Source: an uncultured cyanobacterium
GTDB lineage: Bacteria; Cyanobacteriota; Cyanobacteriia; Cyanobacteriales; Microcystaceae
Assembly: GCA_963807635.1 (NCBI GenBank)
Contig: CAWEDJ010000071.1
Span: forward strand, 45,877 to 109,876
Direction: 5' to 3'
Length of the DNA: 64,000 nucleotides
Below, one piece after another: positions 11,000-23,367 of this stretch; positions within the stretch are counted from its first letter, which is position 1; every line of letters starts with the position of its first letter. Both the position numbers and the translations under genes were made by a program. Under the pieces are notes generated by a model, which was not told the DNA's origin, made no database searches, and worked only from the letters and a program-made list of their open reading frames with translations.

Positions 11000-11715
11000 T
11001 TATTTGGCTTTGATTGCTCTCCAAATATAAAAAAGCAACACGGCGGAAAGAAGAGACCCTAGATTCCACTTGACGGATTTTTTGAGTAACTCTAATCGAA
11101 CATCCCGAAGAGACTGAGCTTGCTCCTTAAGCTTGACTTCTCCATCGGTCATCACAGTGGTTAGTCGATTTTTGAGGGTTTTGACCTGTTCGGGGTTCTC
11201 TAGCTTAGGGATGGGACCGTTATTGCCGAGGTCACGGGAGAGAATTTGTTGTAGTTCAGATTGGGTCTTGGTCGTTTTTAAGTTAGTCTGGGCTTTTTTG
11301 ACCTGGGCGATTTGGATATCTAGCTGGAGGAGTTGTTGATGATTGAGGGTGAGTAATCGGTTGGTATTGATGATGCCAATGGGGATCATCAGTAGATAGA
11401 TCAGTCCGAGGATAAGGGCTAACCAAGTAATCAGAGATAATAAAAATTGTTCTAAACGTTTGCGTCCAAAATTTGGCCCAGGTAAATCATGGCATAGGCT
11501 AAAAATAGAACAGGAACTTTTTCGACTAAGGCTCCAAAAGTCTGAAATTCCCAATTGGGATTGGTCAAGCGGAGTGGGATCAGGGTATCGATAAAATCAA
11601 AGAGGAAAAAGGCGAGAAAAACGTAACCAATGACTCGTATAAGAGCTAAAGTCCATAGAGTAGAGGTATTGGTCATAATAGGGTGGTTATGAACGTTACT
11701 TTCGTGAAAATTCAT
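11000..11715 (-). CDS. HpsJ-like membrane protein (cyanoexosortase-associated); frameshift near 11475
   Basis: IPLRLTNPNWEFQTFGALVEKVPV and KKSVKWNLGSLLSA motifs typical of the HpsJ family; adjacent to the exosortase. Confidence 0.75.
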
Positions 11716-11888
11716 TGTTTTGTTGGTTTAAATTAAGGTAAGTTATTGCGATATTAAAAACAGTCATTGAGCTGATCGCTGACATGATGAATGACTCCAT
11801 AATAATAAGGAGTAGGGTGAAAGGAAAAGATTTCTAAAAGGCGATCGCTAAGAAGTAAATGAGGACAATAGGAACACAATATGTCGGT

Positions 11889-12551
11889 TTAATCGGAGGA
11901 CGGATAATGGGAAACCCACCACTTAAACCAAGATTGCCCCGCGTTTTGGAGTATTTTTTGAGAGTTGTGATTTTCTGACGGTGTGGATAGGGTTAAATGC
12001 GACCAGAGACAGCGTTGATCCAGTAGATTGGATTTTCCCCAGAGCCACCCCAAGAAACCGTTTAAAGTTTTTCCTGTAACTAATTTCGTCCGTAGGAATT
12101 GATCCGCCGTCACCGTACTCGACCCCTGGGGATTGATGCAGGCACTCAAATAGGAACGATTCTGATGATTTCCTAAGGCGATCGCGCCCATCCCCTCTTG
12201 ATGAGTTATCTGAGAAATAGAAGTATCTCCAATATATTTACGCAAGAGATTAGGAATGTCCGCTTCTGCCGTATTCAAATAACGCATTTGAATATTTAGC
12301 GTCAAACCATCGGGCGAGAGGTATTGATAGGAGCGGCTGGCAATAGGGGTTAACTCATTGGAGCTAGGGAACTCTAAGGTATGACTCCTAACTTGTTTCC
12401 AGCCTGATAGAGGAACTTTTTCAGGAAAAGAAAAAGGCGCGACGGTCGGACGGGAAAGTAAGGGAGTTTTGATGCCCCAAAGAGAGCTGACTATTGTTCC
12501 ACCCAGGGCGATCGCTAAAACAGAGGGACGATAGAAATTCCAATGTTTCAT
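11889..12551 (-). CDS. Cyanoexosortase A system-associated protein
   Basis: F.FPEKVPLSGW, YLSACINPQGSSTVT..QF and D.RCLWSHL motifs; overlaps the exosortase stop codon. Confidence 0.85.
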   Translation of the reverse strand: MKHWNFYRPSVLAIALGGTIVSSLWGIKTPLLSRPTVAPFSFPEKVPLSGWKQVRSHTLEFPSSNELTPIASRSYQYLSPDGLTLNIQMRYLNTAEADIPNLLRKYIGDTSISQITHQEGMGAIALGNHQNRSYLSACINPQGSSTVTADQFLRTKLVTGKTLNGFLGWLWGKSNLLDQRCLWSHLTLSTPSENHNSQKILQNAGQSWFKWWVSHYPSSD

Positions 12552-13439
12552 TCTGTTTCCTCTTGCTCAGATCCTAAAGGATTAGGTGACTGGATGAGAA
12601 AATAAATCACAGTACAAAGGAGAGACATAGACATCATTGAAAACAAAAGAGAGCCTTCTCCAGAGTGCCAATACTCAAAACCAACTCGATTATGGTAGGC
12701 AACAATTACCGCTAAAAGTGCGACTCGGATACTATTCATGATAAAACCGATCAAAATTGCCGTAACGGGTAAAATGAACTTGGTTTTCCAATTACTCGGA
12801 AACATGAGAAAAAATAATAGGCTTAAACTCAACAAATCGAGCATAGAAGCTAGTCCTGAACATCCAGGATAAACCTCAACTCCATTAGAAGAACCTGCAA
12901 AATAGAGATTAACGCCCTCTCGAACGGTTTCAAAACCCGAATACCAAAGCAAATAGCCCGCCAATTTAGCCGTTAGAGGGGAGGGATCGAGGTTGCCTAA
13001 CAAGGACGTTAGAGGAGTAACTGCGCATAAAAATAAATAAAATCAAAAATTCGCGTTTGTATTGCCCTAAACCCTGAAACCCAGAAGCCAAAAGGGTCAA
13101 GGAAAAAAAAGCTATCAGGGGAAAGAGATATAAACTAGAGCTACTCTGGGTAATTAAAAAAACACTTTTGATTAATAACGGGAGCAAAAGTGCGATCGCA
13201 AAGCAACTAGAAAAGATGCTACTCTTCAGTTGCAAGGTCTCTCGTTTATCCCAAATCAAAGCGGCGACCGCCGACCAAAAGACCACACTAAGCCCAAAAA
13301 AACTTAAAGCCCCTACTCGCCAAATCATACTGAGATGAACCAAGCAAAGGCTAATTCCCAAGGAAGCCAACAACATTTTTGTTGTATCGACAAGTCGAGG
13401 CCTATTTGCCCATTTTTTGAAAAATTGGTCAATATCCAT
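12548..13439 (-). CDS. crtA: Cyanoexosortase A; frameshift near 13020
   Basis: Multi-TM protein with the exosortase catalytic triad: VYPGCSG (Cys), NSIRVALL (Arg), FEYWHSGEG (His). Confidence 0.88.
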
Positions 13440-13875
13440 TATTTAAAAAAAGAAATTTTCTAAAAGATCATTAAACAACAAGCTTTTTTGTGACTAAAAA
13501 GCAGAAAATTTAGGCTGTTCGTAATCTAAACTTCAGAATTGATCGATGCCCCAAAAAGAGCTTCAAAATCAAGATTGACAGTTAAAATGACGAAACAAAC
13601 CAAGCAGACATAACAGGTAAGTCGAGGTAAATCGGACTTTGTCAGTTGGCACGTGGTATTGATTGGATGTTAATAATTTGTTTTTGTTCTTAAAGTTGTT
13701 AAATGAGAATTTAAAAAAATTTTAGTATTATAAACGTTCCCTTAATGCGAATTATATCAGTAATAATGCGCATTGCCAAGGGTGAAAGGAAAAAAGCAAG
13801 TGTTATCACTGATGCTTCTATTGCTATCACCCCTGAACAGAGGTCGCGATCGCGCCCCATTCTTAGATCGAACAC

Positions 13876-14301
13876 TTATTCATAAAACCGTTGAAAAGCC
13901 TGTCCATTAGTCCGTCGGCTCATACGAAGCGTAAATTCACTAACCGATGGATTGGGCTTATCGGGGTGGGGAGTCTTGGTACTACGTTTCCAATCATGCT
14001 GGGATGCTAATTTTGCTTCCACCACTTGATCCTCTGTTTTTTTCAACTTCATCCACATTTTCCCGTGATCATTACAGAAAAATTCCTCTAACCAAGCTCG
14101 GCGGTCAACGACAGCACTGAATTGGGCTTGTCCTGTGACCAAACTTGCTTTTTTGTGACTCAGATTCATTTCTTGTTGAATTTCACTGGTTTCAGTATAA
14201 AAAACGTAATGTTTTTCGCCGTCCATGCGCCATAAACGCCGTTCACAATACGGACATTGCACTTTCAGAGTTTGTTTTCTGCGACTTCTTTTGTTTGGCA
14301 T
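13876..14301 (-). CDS. Conserved hypothetical protein with CxxC...CxxH (putative Zn-binding)
   Basis: CPYC, WLEEFFCNDHG and NPSVSEFT motifs; co-oriented between the acetyltransferase and crtA. Confidence 0.7.
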   Translation of the reverse strand: MPNKRSRRKQTLKVQCPYCERRLWRMDGEKHYVFYTETSEIQQEMNLSHKKASLVTGQAQFSAVVDRRAWLEEFFCNDHGKMWMKLKKTEDQVVEAKLASQHDWKRSTKTPHPDKPNPSVSEFTLRMSRRTNGQAFQRFYE

Positions 14302-14367
14302 AGCAAATGAGAAATGTGAATAAAGAGTATGAAGTGAAATTGAGGGACTAAAATTGATGGTTACATT

Positions 14368-14953
14368 TTAGGGTACTGGGAGACGTATTGGCTCAGATTG
14401 ATGGGACAAATCAGAAACGAGGTTACGTTGCTTGACGGGCTGGGCGGGATTTCCTGAATAAATTGTCATGGGTTTGAGAGACCGAGAGGCCACCGATCCC
14501 AACCCTAAAATTGCCCCTCGTCCGACCGTGACCCCTGTGCCGACCACAGAACGAGCCGCAATCCAACTTCCTTCCTCTATACAAATTTCTCCTGTGAGTA
14601 ATTTAAAATTGCGATCGTGCCAATCGTGATTGCCTGTACAGAGGTAAACATCCTGGAAACACAAACATGATCTTTAATGATGACGGGGGCAATGTTATCA
14701 ATCCAGACATTTTCCCCAATCCAAACGTGATCTCCCACTTTTAATCGCCAGGGAAATTTAACCTTAACACCAGGCTCTGATCACTACTCCTGTACCAATT
14801 TGGTCCAAAAGCTCGTAATAAAAAAACTTTGAAAGCCTTAATGGGGACAAGATGAGTCCGAAACAAAAAGTCACCTAAAAAAAACCAAAAAAGTTGTTTA
14901 AGAGTCGATGCACCAGGACTATAACCGCTAGGTTTGTAATTATTGAGGTACAT
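14368..14953 (-). CDS. WcaF/HpsU-like polysaccharide acetyltransferase (hexapeptide repeat); multiple frameshifts
   Basis: Fragments LLRAFG, VKFPWRLKVGDHVWIGENVWIDNIAPV, YLCTGNHDW and YSGNPA. Confidence 0.85.
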
Positions 14954-15335
14954 GATAATTAATTTAAAAAAAATTTCAAAAAAGTATTTAAAAGTGTTTA
15001 ATAATTTTTCTCTTATTTACTGACAAACTTTACTTTCAAAGCTCTCAATATACATTGTTATCCCAAATTCTACTGTGATACTCGTAAGTTCAATCAGAAT
15101 AATCAGAATACGGTAAATATAGAAAAAACTTGTGAATATTCTGTGAGTAAAATTCGATTACTAAAACGTTAAATATTACCCGCCGTTTAAAGTTGATCTT
15201 CCGTTAAGTAGGCGATCGCGGAATCTTTGCCCATAATTGTCCAGAAAACAATAAAGGAGACAAAACTACGATCAAATAGTCTTAATCTCCCTAAAAAAAG
15301 CAATTATTATTATTTTTGATTAATATGTCAGAAAA

Positions 15336-15607
15336 TCAGCCTTCAGAAAAAATCATTTTTTTTAACATAGAAGTTTCCATAACGTCATCAAAAATGGTTA
15401 GATTCTTGGGTTTACAGCGTTTAACTTGCACCTGAATCCCCTGGGCTCCTTCTCCTAATAAATCTTCCAGATAACCCTCTTTTGCACTCTCAGCCTCAGA
15501 TTTAGCCAAAAAAGGGCCAAGTAAGTACATCGCGGAACCGTTGTTCCAATCTCCACCCAAAAGGCTAAACCGAGTAAATCTAGTAGCTGTAAAAATTTTT
15601 CTTTCAT
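15336..15607 (-). CDS. DUF1816 family protein; frameshifted
   Basis: FWVEI.T..PRCTY + GPF...EAE....GYLEDL..EGAQGI....KRCKP..LTIF. Confidence 0.8.
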
Positions 15608-15708
15608 GTTTGTATTCCCAATGATGTTAGTCGAGTTGTTATTGTAACCTGAGTTCCGAAACATTTCGTAAAACTCCCAGCTAACGTCTTTAGTTATACT
15701 TCCGAATC

Positions 15709-16827
15709 CTAAATAGGGAAAGTCTTTGATGATACAGATATTGCGGTTGTCATATTTAATTTTTGGGAGCCTCGCTGACGATAGACTTCATAGAGCGTAA
15801 TTCCCGCCGCAACGGACGCATTCAAACTAGGGGTTTTGCCCGCTAGGGGAATCTCCATCAACTGATCGCAATGACGTTGGGTTAAAAGACTCAGACCGTC
15901 TCCTTCCGAACCAATCACCAGGCAAACAGGCCCCCGTAAATCTAAATCATGAATAGATTTGCCCTGTCCTGCGGCAGTTCCGTAGATCCAAAAGCCCTCA
16001 GTTTTTAGGGTTTCTAGGCATCGACTCAGATTGACGACCCGTGCGACCGAAAAATGCTCCAAGGCACCCGCCGCCACTTTCATGACCGCAGAGGTAATGC
16101 CAACTGCGCGACGTTGGGGAATGACTAGACCTTGCGCCCCAAAAGCTTCGGCTGTGCGGATAATCGCGCCCAAATTATGAGGATCGGTGATGCTATCTAA
16201 AACGATAATCACAGGATCGGTTCGTTGGGCTTTGGCCTGTTGAATTAAGTCTTCTAATTCTTTGTAGGTATAGGGGGCAACCTGGGCGACGACTCCCTGG
16301 TGATTCGCTCCCTGGGTCAGTTGGTTTAAGCGTAAATTTTCAACTTCATCAATAATCGCGCCATTGGCTTTGGCTTCTACTAGTAGGGAATGGAAACGGG
16401 GATCGTAGTGTAATTTGGCCGTAATTCAAATGCGATTCAGTTGGCGATTACTTTTCATGGCGGCAATCACGGGATGACGACCGTAGATCAGATCGTTATC
16501 TTCTTCGCTTTCCGATTCTTCCCTAGTATTTCCCTCCGAGGCGATCGCGTTAAGAGACGGTACAAACTTTCGTGTTTTTTCCTCCCGACCAGCCCTATCG
16601 ATATCGGGGATCACTTTTTTATCAGCTCTGGGAATTCTCGGTGTAATCTGCTCCGATGGGGAGTCACTGCGATCGGCCCGATTAATTCTCGGTTTATCCG
16701 TATTAAATTGGGGTTTATTCTCGCGGTTAAATCTAGGTTTTGGCGATCGGCTTGAGCTGGGTTGGTCGCCATCTTTACGGAACGGTTTGCGGCCAGCCTT
16801 CTGCCCTCTACGGGGTTTGTCTATCAT
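15709..16827 (-). CDS. rlmB: 23S rRNA (Gm2251) 2'-O-methyltransferase RlmB (SpoU); in-frame TGA at 16426-16428, probably an error for TGG
   Basis: [43 protein letters not shown] and SLNASVA; both ORFs are in the same frame. Confidence 0.9.
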
Positions 16828-17012
16828 GGAAATTTTAGTATTAGGATGAATTAGGAATTAGCAATAATTTATTCAGAAAAACACGCTTGTCGTATTTCCC
16901 TTCCGTTCAATATTTATCTCTTTTAGAGGGAATTCAGGGGAGATTTTTAAAACACGATAAGCTTAAACAACATAGGCACAAAAAATCAACAATCAATTAA
17001 ATATATTCAGCC

Positions 17013-17360
17013 TTAAACAATAATATTCAGATATTCTAACAACTCTTGTAAGCGGGTAGGATCGTTGATATAAAGATAACCTAACAATGTTTCCAAACTC
17101 GTTGCCTTTTGATACACTTTCGGAGACAACCGACGAGGACACCCCGACGCTGCATTTCTTCCACGCCGTAAAATATCTTTTTCTGTTTCCGTTAAATAAG
17201 GCTCTAAAAGCTTGAGAGACTCGGCCTGACTTTCGGCTCGAACGGTGGAAACCACTTGATCATGATAATCTGAGACTCGCTTGGGCGGAAAGAGAAAATG
17301 AGTGCGGACATAAAGTTCATAAACAGCATCTCCCAAATAGGCTAACGAACTGGGAGACAA
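17013..17360 (-). CDS. mrnC: Mini-ribonuclease III (true start probably upstream, across an indel)
   Basis: LAYLGDAVYELYVR, RRGRNA and YQKATSLETLLGYLY; adjacent to rlmB. Confidence 0.88.
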   Translation of the reverse strand: MSPSSLAYLGDAVYELYVRTHFLFPPKRVSDYHDQVVSTVRAESQAESLKLLEPYLTETEKDILRRGRNAASGCPRRLSPKVYQKATSLETLLGYLYINDPTRLQELLEYLNIIV

Positions 17361-17493
17361 TTGCCCAGATGACCTGGTTTCTTTTGCTCATGGGTTTTCA
17401 TCTCCGCTAGATTTGCTTCAAAAATAAGCTCTGAAGCATCCCCTTGTCCCTCTGACAAATCCGAAGCCTTGTTTTCAATTACAACATTCGTCA

Positions 17494-17874
17494 TCACTTT
17501 TTAGATGGCTTGGATGGCAAGGCCGCGATCGCATCATTGAGGGTGGCGTGCAGAGGCAAAAATTTCTCTAATCGAACTAACTTAACGGTTTGAGTAACGC
17601 GAGAATTAGTAACAATATGAAGATTTCCCTCTTGATTTTTAGCTTGTTTAGCTAATTGTACCAATGCGCCCAAGCCAGAACTGTCTAGAAAATCAATGCT
17701 AGAAAGATCGAGAATCACGTTAACAGGGCCTTTGCCCATCGCATCTCCCAGAACTTTGCGGAAAGTCGGCTCTGAAAAGGCATCTAATAAACCTGTTAGC
17801 CGAAAAATCTGATAGGTATCCTGTACATCGAGAGTTCCCCGCAAACTCACGGTCAGGTTTAGTGCTTCAGGAAT
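17494..17874 (-). CDS. STAS-domain anti-sigma factor antagonist (start GTG 17850 or ATT 17874)
   Basis: ILDLSSIDFLDSSGLGALV phosphoacceptor motif. Confidence 0.9.
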   Translation of the reverse strand: MPEALNLTVSLRGTLDVQDTYQIFRLTGLLDAFSEPTFRKVLGDAMGKGPVNVILDLSSIDFLDSSGLGALVQLAKQAKNQEGNLHIVTNSRVTQTVKLVRLEKFLPLHATLNDAIAALPSKPSKK

Positions 17875-18067
17875 AACTTCCCCCTTAATAACTGAGTATT
17901 AATAAATTAGGTCAATAGGTCATTGTATATCATTCTGTCGGTCATGGGTTAATCAATTTTCCTTGGAACCAGTCTTTCCTCCAGGCAGACCCATCCTAGA
18001 TCTGAATTTTTCCAAATTTTTCCAAAATAGTTTTTCAGGATAGTTTGTCGAGTTAGAAGGCGATCGC

Positions 18068-18105
18068 AAAAAAAATACAAGCAAAACAAACGTCTGCTTG
18101 TATTT
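18068..18105 (-). terminator. Intrinsic terminator downstream of gap2
   Basis: Stem AAATACAAGCA / TGCTTGTATTT followed on the minus strand by a T-run. Confidence 0.65.
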
Positions 18106-18186
18106 ATGCCATGAAACTTAACAGAAAAAATCGACCTAAAAACGAAAAACAGGGATCAATTCATTCATTACCTTTAAAATGGAGAC

Positions 18187-19199
18187 TTATTTCCATTTTG
18201 TCGCAATTAATTCAGCTAAATCAACAACCCGTTGGGAATAGCCCCACTCATTGTCATACCAAGCGATGACCTTAACCATGTCGCCGCCCATCACCATCGT
18301 TAAACTACCATCAACAGTAGAAGAACAATCTGTTCCCTTAAAATCACTAGAAACCAAAGGAAGTTCGGTATAATCTAAAATTCCTTTTAAATAAGTATCA
18401 GAAGCTTCTTTTAAGACCTGATTCACCTGTTCAGTAATCGTTCCTTTTTCCACCTGAACCACAAGATCGACCACAGACACATTCGGCGTGGGAACCCGAA
18501 GAGCAATCCCATTTAATTTTCCTTTCATTTCAGGAATAACCAAAGCCACCGCCTTAGCCGCTCCCGTAGAAGTCGGAACAATATTTACCGCCGCCGCTCT
18601 TGCCCGACGGAGATCCCGATGGCTAGCATCCAAAATCCGTTGATCCCCTGTATAGCTGTGGGTGGTCGTCATTGTGCCTTTGATAATGCCAAAATTCTCA
18701 TGAATAACCTTGACCACGGGGGCTAAACAATTAGTGGTGCAACTGGCATTGCTGATCACGTTATATTCATCGTGCTGATAGTCTTCATGGTTAACACCCA
18801 TGACAAAAGTTCCAATGTTTCGCCTTTACCTGGTGCTGTAATCAGAACTTTTTTGGCTCCAGCAGTGATATGTTTGGACGCACCTTCATTATCAATAAAT
18901 ACCCCTGTGGCTTCGATGATCAGGTCAACTCCCCAATCCGCCCAGGGTAAATTCAAAGGATTACGATCAGACACACACTTGATCGTTTTACCATTAACCA
19001 TAATGGAATTCTCATCCGCGCTAATATCGGCATCGAATTTGCCTAGCATGGAGTCATATCTCAACAAGTGGGCATTGGTACTGGGATCGGATGTGTCATT
19101 AATTCCAACAACTTCGATGTTGCTGTTCGTCCGTCCTAGCCAGCATCGTAAAAAATTGCGCCCAATCCGTCCAAATCCGTTGATAGCTACTCTAGTCAC
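18187..19199 (-). CDS. gap2: Glyceraldehyde-3-phosphate dehydrogenase, NAD(P)-dependent; frameshift near 18818
   Basis: GTG start then [44 protein letters not shown] (GapA/Gap2 type); WYDNEWGYS. Confidence 0.95.
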
Positions 19200-19539
19200 T
19201 GCTTGTTCCCCTCGTGGTCTTACTAAATACATTAAAAGGTTATTAATGAGACTAATCATATCCTGAAGACAGAACACTTCGATCCCCAACTTTATAATTT
19301 CTCATAAATTTTCTTTTGTGTCGGGAAATTTAGGGACTAGGACGCTTTCCTGGGTAGTCGTCTTTTGGATGGTTGTCAAAAATGGGTCTGAGACATACTG
19401 TATTGAATGGGTAAATACCTATTCATTTAGGAATAGCTTCTGGTACGATAGCGTGTAGTGTCTTACTATAAATAGCGCGTAGGGAGTGAGAGCCGCCTCC
19501 AATTAGTGACTACGTGCCGAATTTGAGGAGTGTTCGATA

Positions 19540-21070
19540 ATGAAAACCGTTGATTTTGAGGGTATTCCCTTCCATTTTATTGGAATTGGGGGAATTGGTA
19601 TGTCTGCCTTGGCCTACGTTTTAGCCAAGCGTCAACTGCCCGTGTCGGGGTCTGATGTTCGTCCTAGTCATATTACCGAGCGTTTACAGTCCGTTGGGGT
19701 TAAAATTTTTAATCAGCAAATTGCTAGTAATCTAGAAATTTTTCAGTCTGTCAATGGTTCAGTACCAGAAAAGTTGGCGGTGGGTCAGGGAGTGATAGAA
19801 CCCCACAATGCTCCTAATCATTCAGTTTCAGAACATAATGACACCAATGGAAAGGGAGATCATCCCTCAGAACGATTACCCAGGTCATTTGTTCAACGGC
19901 GATTAGTCATAAAAATGAGGAATACCAGGCGGCTTTGGAAAAAGGTTGCCCCATTTATCACCGTTCCGATGTTTTAGCGGCTCTCATCCAAGATTATTAC
20001 GGTATAGGCGTGGCGGGGACTCATGGAAAAACCACGACAAGTAGTTTAATTGGTTATGTTTTGTTGGAAGCAGGATTAGACCCCACGATTATTGTTGGCG
20101 GCGAAGTTGATGCCTGGGATGGCAATGCCCGCTTAGGTCTGGGGAAATACCTGGTCGCGGAAACCGATGAATCCGATGGTTCCCTCACTAAGCACCTCCC
20201 GAAAATTGGGATTGTCACCAATATCGAACTAGACCACCCCGATCATTACCAGAGTCTAGAGCAGGTTGTGGGAATTTTTCAGACTTTTGAGTCGAATTGT
20301 GAGACCCTGATCGGTTGCGCTGATTGCGAAGTGGTGATGTCTGCTTTAAAACCCCAGATTACCTATAGTTTACATCCTGAAAAACAGGCGGACTACACCA
20401 TTAAAAATATTTCCTATGCTTCTGGCCATAGTTCCGTTGAAGTGTGGGAACGGGGTCAATGTTTAGGGACGATGCAGGTTAGTTTGCCAGGAGATCACAA
20501 TATTAGTAATGCGTTGGCCGCCGTTGCAGTGGGTCGGCTCTTAGCGGTGAATTTTGAAACTATTGCGCCGCGATCGCGAGCTTTGGGGGAGCAAAACGAC
20601 GGTTTGAACTAAAAGGAGTTTGTAATGGGATCACCTTTATTGATGACTATGCCCACCATCCCAGTGAACTGTTAGCAACCCTGGCGGCCACCCGTCAGAA
20701 AGTCACTCACGGAGTTGACAAGCTCACCACAAGCGGTCAATATACGCGGATTGTTGCTATTTTCCAGCCCCATCGTTATAGTCGTACCAGTATTTTTTTA
20801 GAAGAATTTGCCACTTCTTTTAAAGATGCCGATTTAGTGATCTTGACCGATATTTATGGAGCGGGAGAAACCAATACCATGAATATTCAAGGAGAAGACC
20901 TGGTGAAAGCTGTCCGTAAGCATCACAAAAATGTGATTTACCAGCCTTCTTTGGTAGAACTTACTGAATTTTTAGGTAAAACTTTACAATCAGGAGATTT
21001 GACCCTATTCTTAGGGGCAGGCAATTTGAATCAAATTATTCCCGATGTGTTAGCAAACTGTTCCCCATAG
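19540..21070 (+). CDS. murC: UDP-N-acetylmuramate--L-alanine ligase; two frameshifts
   Basis: HFIGIGGIGMS, GTHGKTTT, E.DESDGS, DDYAHHPSE and FQPHRYSRT across three frames. Confidence 0.95.
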
Positions 21071-21259
21071 TCTTTATTAATCTTGAATATTGATTTTCAT
21101 GACAGATTTTAATTTATCAGGAACCATGCCTTAAATGATGAGTCTAGGGCTTCAAATAGGTTCTAAAATCTTTATCGCCCCTTTTCTTCCAGTTAACTTA
21201 CTCCTTTCCTAAACCTTCTTTTTTAACGCCTGACTTGCCGCAAAATTTCTAAACGCATC

Positions 21260-22198
21260 ATGACTTTTTCTACCCTTTCCCGTCCTCTCTCGGCTCCTAT
21301 TCAATTAGCACAGACCCAAACCCTCATTCATGCAAATACATCCCTAGCAGATTACACCTCCTATCGAGTGGGGGGGCGGACCAATGGTATACCGCACCTC
21401 GGACTCGTAATGATCTGTATGCAATTTTTGATTGGTTCGAGAAACAAGATTTACCCCTAACTTTATTGGGGGCGGGTTCAAATCTTCTGATTAGTGATCA
21501 AGGTATCCCAGGGTTAGTTCTCAGCACTCGTTACCTTCGTCAGAGCAAATTAGACATAGAGACAGGAAGGATTACGGCATCAGCAGGGGAGCCGATCGCC
21601 AAAGTTGCCTGGCAAGCGGCAAAACAGGGATGGTTGGGTTTAGAGTGGGCAGTGGGAATTCCAGGCACAGTGGGGGGCGCAGTGGTAATGAATGCAGGAG
21701 CGCATAATCAATCAACCTCTGATTGTTTAATTAATGCTGTGGTGCTATCCCCCGATGGAACCTTAGAAACCTTGACGGCGGAAGAATTGGGTTTCAGTTA
21801 TCGCACCTCTAATCTACAGGGCGATCGCCGATTGGTGATTGAAGCAACTTTTCAGCTAAAAATGGGATTTGATCGTCAAGAAGTGATGGCCCAAACCAGT
21901 CATAATTTACATCACCGAAAAAACTCCCAACCCTACGACAAACCCAGTTGTGGCAGTGTTTTTCGCAACCCCACGCCCCAGTATGCCGCTCGGATTATTG
22001 AACAATTGGGATTAAAAGGTCATCGTATCGGTGGTGCAGAGGTTTCCCATCGTCACGCTAATTTTATCCTTAATGCGGGAAATGCCAAGGCCACAGGATA
22101 TTTTTCATTTGATCTGTCATGTTCAGGAACAGGTACAGGCCCATTGCTCCCTATTGTTGGAACCCGAAGTCAGAATTATGGGAGACTTTTCTCTTTAA
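21260..22198 (+). CDS. murB: UDP-N-acetylmuramate dehydrogenase; frameshifts near 21380 and 22093
   Basis: TSYRVGG, GAGSNLL, GIPGTVGGAVVMNAGA, SCGSVFRNP, HANFI and LEPEV; corrected stop at 22196-22198. Confidence 0.93.
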
Positions 22199-22297
22199 AA
22201 AAGTTTAAGTTTCTTCAGGACAAAAATTGCCCACAAAAAAAGCAGGAAGTCATAGTACTTTCTGCCTTAGATTCCAACCTATCATTCAGGTGATTAT

Positions 22298-22942
22298 CTA
22301 TGCTTTCTCGGCCTTTGCTTTGCCAGCCTTTGCTATCCTTCGTTTGAAGCCAATACCAAATCCTGCGGCGGTCATTGCTCCCAACATCGTTAGGGGTTCG
22401 GGGACAGCCTGGTAGGTGTTAGAAACAGAAGTTAGGGAACCATTAGCGTTTACTGTGATAGTATCTGTAACGTAGAATTCATTCAGAGGAGGGACAATAA
22501 AACCTAAATAGGCAGAATCATTACTAACGATAGGAAACCCTGCAATATCAGCTCCACCAGGCGTTAAAGAAATGCTTTTCAGAGAAGAAGTCAGCTCAGC
22601 GTTCTGGTTTACAGTAACGCCGCCTATTGGCTCGCCAGTTTTTGTGACTTTGTAGGTAATGTTGTAGGAACCTGCTCCAACGGTAACAGGGCCAGTAGCG
22701 ACGGACAATTGCGGGCCTTTTGGTGCTGAAGAAGCGGTAATTACGTAATCAAGCCAATTCAAATTGGTGGTGGTGGTACTAAAGTCAGAGAAAGTCGTAG
22801 ATCCAACGGTAAGAGAGTTAGATCCAATTGAGCCAATCGTGAACGCATTGGCAGAGGGAGCCAGTAGTGCTGATCCAGAGATTACTCCTAGCGTAGCGAT
22901 CCCCATCACTAGAGATTGATATTTATTAGATGGAATGGTCAT
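22298..22942 (-). CDS. PEP-CTERM sorting-domain surface protein
   Basis: Signal peptide (...APSANA), Ser/Thr-rich body, C-terminal VPEPLTMLGAMTAAGFGIGFKRRIAK. The likely start is ATG 22942, not 23026. Confidence 0.9.
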   Translation of the reverse strand: MTIPSNKYQSLVMGIATLGVISGSALLAPSANAFTIGSIGSNSLTVGSTTFSDFSTTTTNLNWLDYVITASSAPKGPQLSVATGPVTVGAGSYNITYKVTKTGEPIGGVTVNQNAELTSSLKSISLTPGGADIAGFPIVSNDSAYLGFIVPPLNEFYVTDTITVNANGSLTSVSNTYQAVPEPLTMLGAMTAAGFGIGFKRRIAKAGKAKAEKA

Positions 22943-23367
22943 AATGGTATCGTGATCCAGAGAATAAAATTGTGTCAATAGTGTTTTGTGTCCAAGTTGA
23001 TTATGAATTATGTCATCCAAGGACATTTTATCAAGTCAACTAAAGGGATTAGGGAGACAGTCTCAAATTTTAAGAAATTTCCTAATCAGAGAAGCTAAAT
23101 ACAGATTTTACCATAAAAAAATGACCTGTCAAGCTTCAAAAAAATTAGAGAACTAAAATAAATTTTTTATCAAGAAAGATTCAAGCAATTACTACTTAGG
23201 AGAAAGAGTCTTTGGCACAGTTATTTGACCATGATTTACTTGCTGCTATTTTTGTAATTTTGTATCCAAAGTTATCGATTAACGCGAGAAGACTTAACCG
23301 TAAAAAGAGAGAGAGATTATTTAAGAGATTGTTTAATTGTCATGGGCAGATAAAAAACAATATTTGC

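Noticed and set aside
19740..19880. Low-complexity insertion in MurC as a possible intein or mobile insert
   Set aside because: It is short and has no intein terminal motifs; as I recall, cyanobacterial MurC has a variable linker here.
22943..23026. Longer N-terminus for the PEP-CTERM protein, as given in the ORF track
   Set aside because: The signal peptide fits a start at ATG 22942, and the upstream extension looks like promoter DNA.
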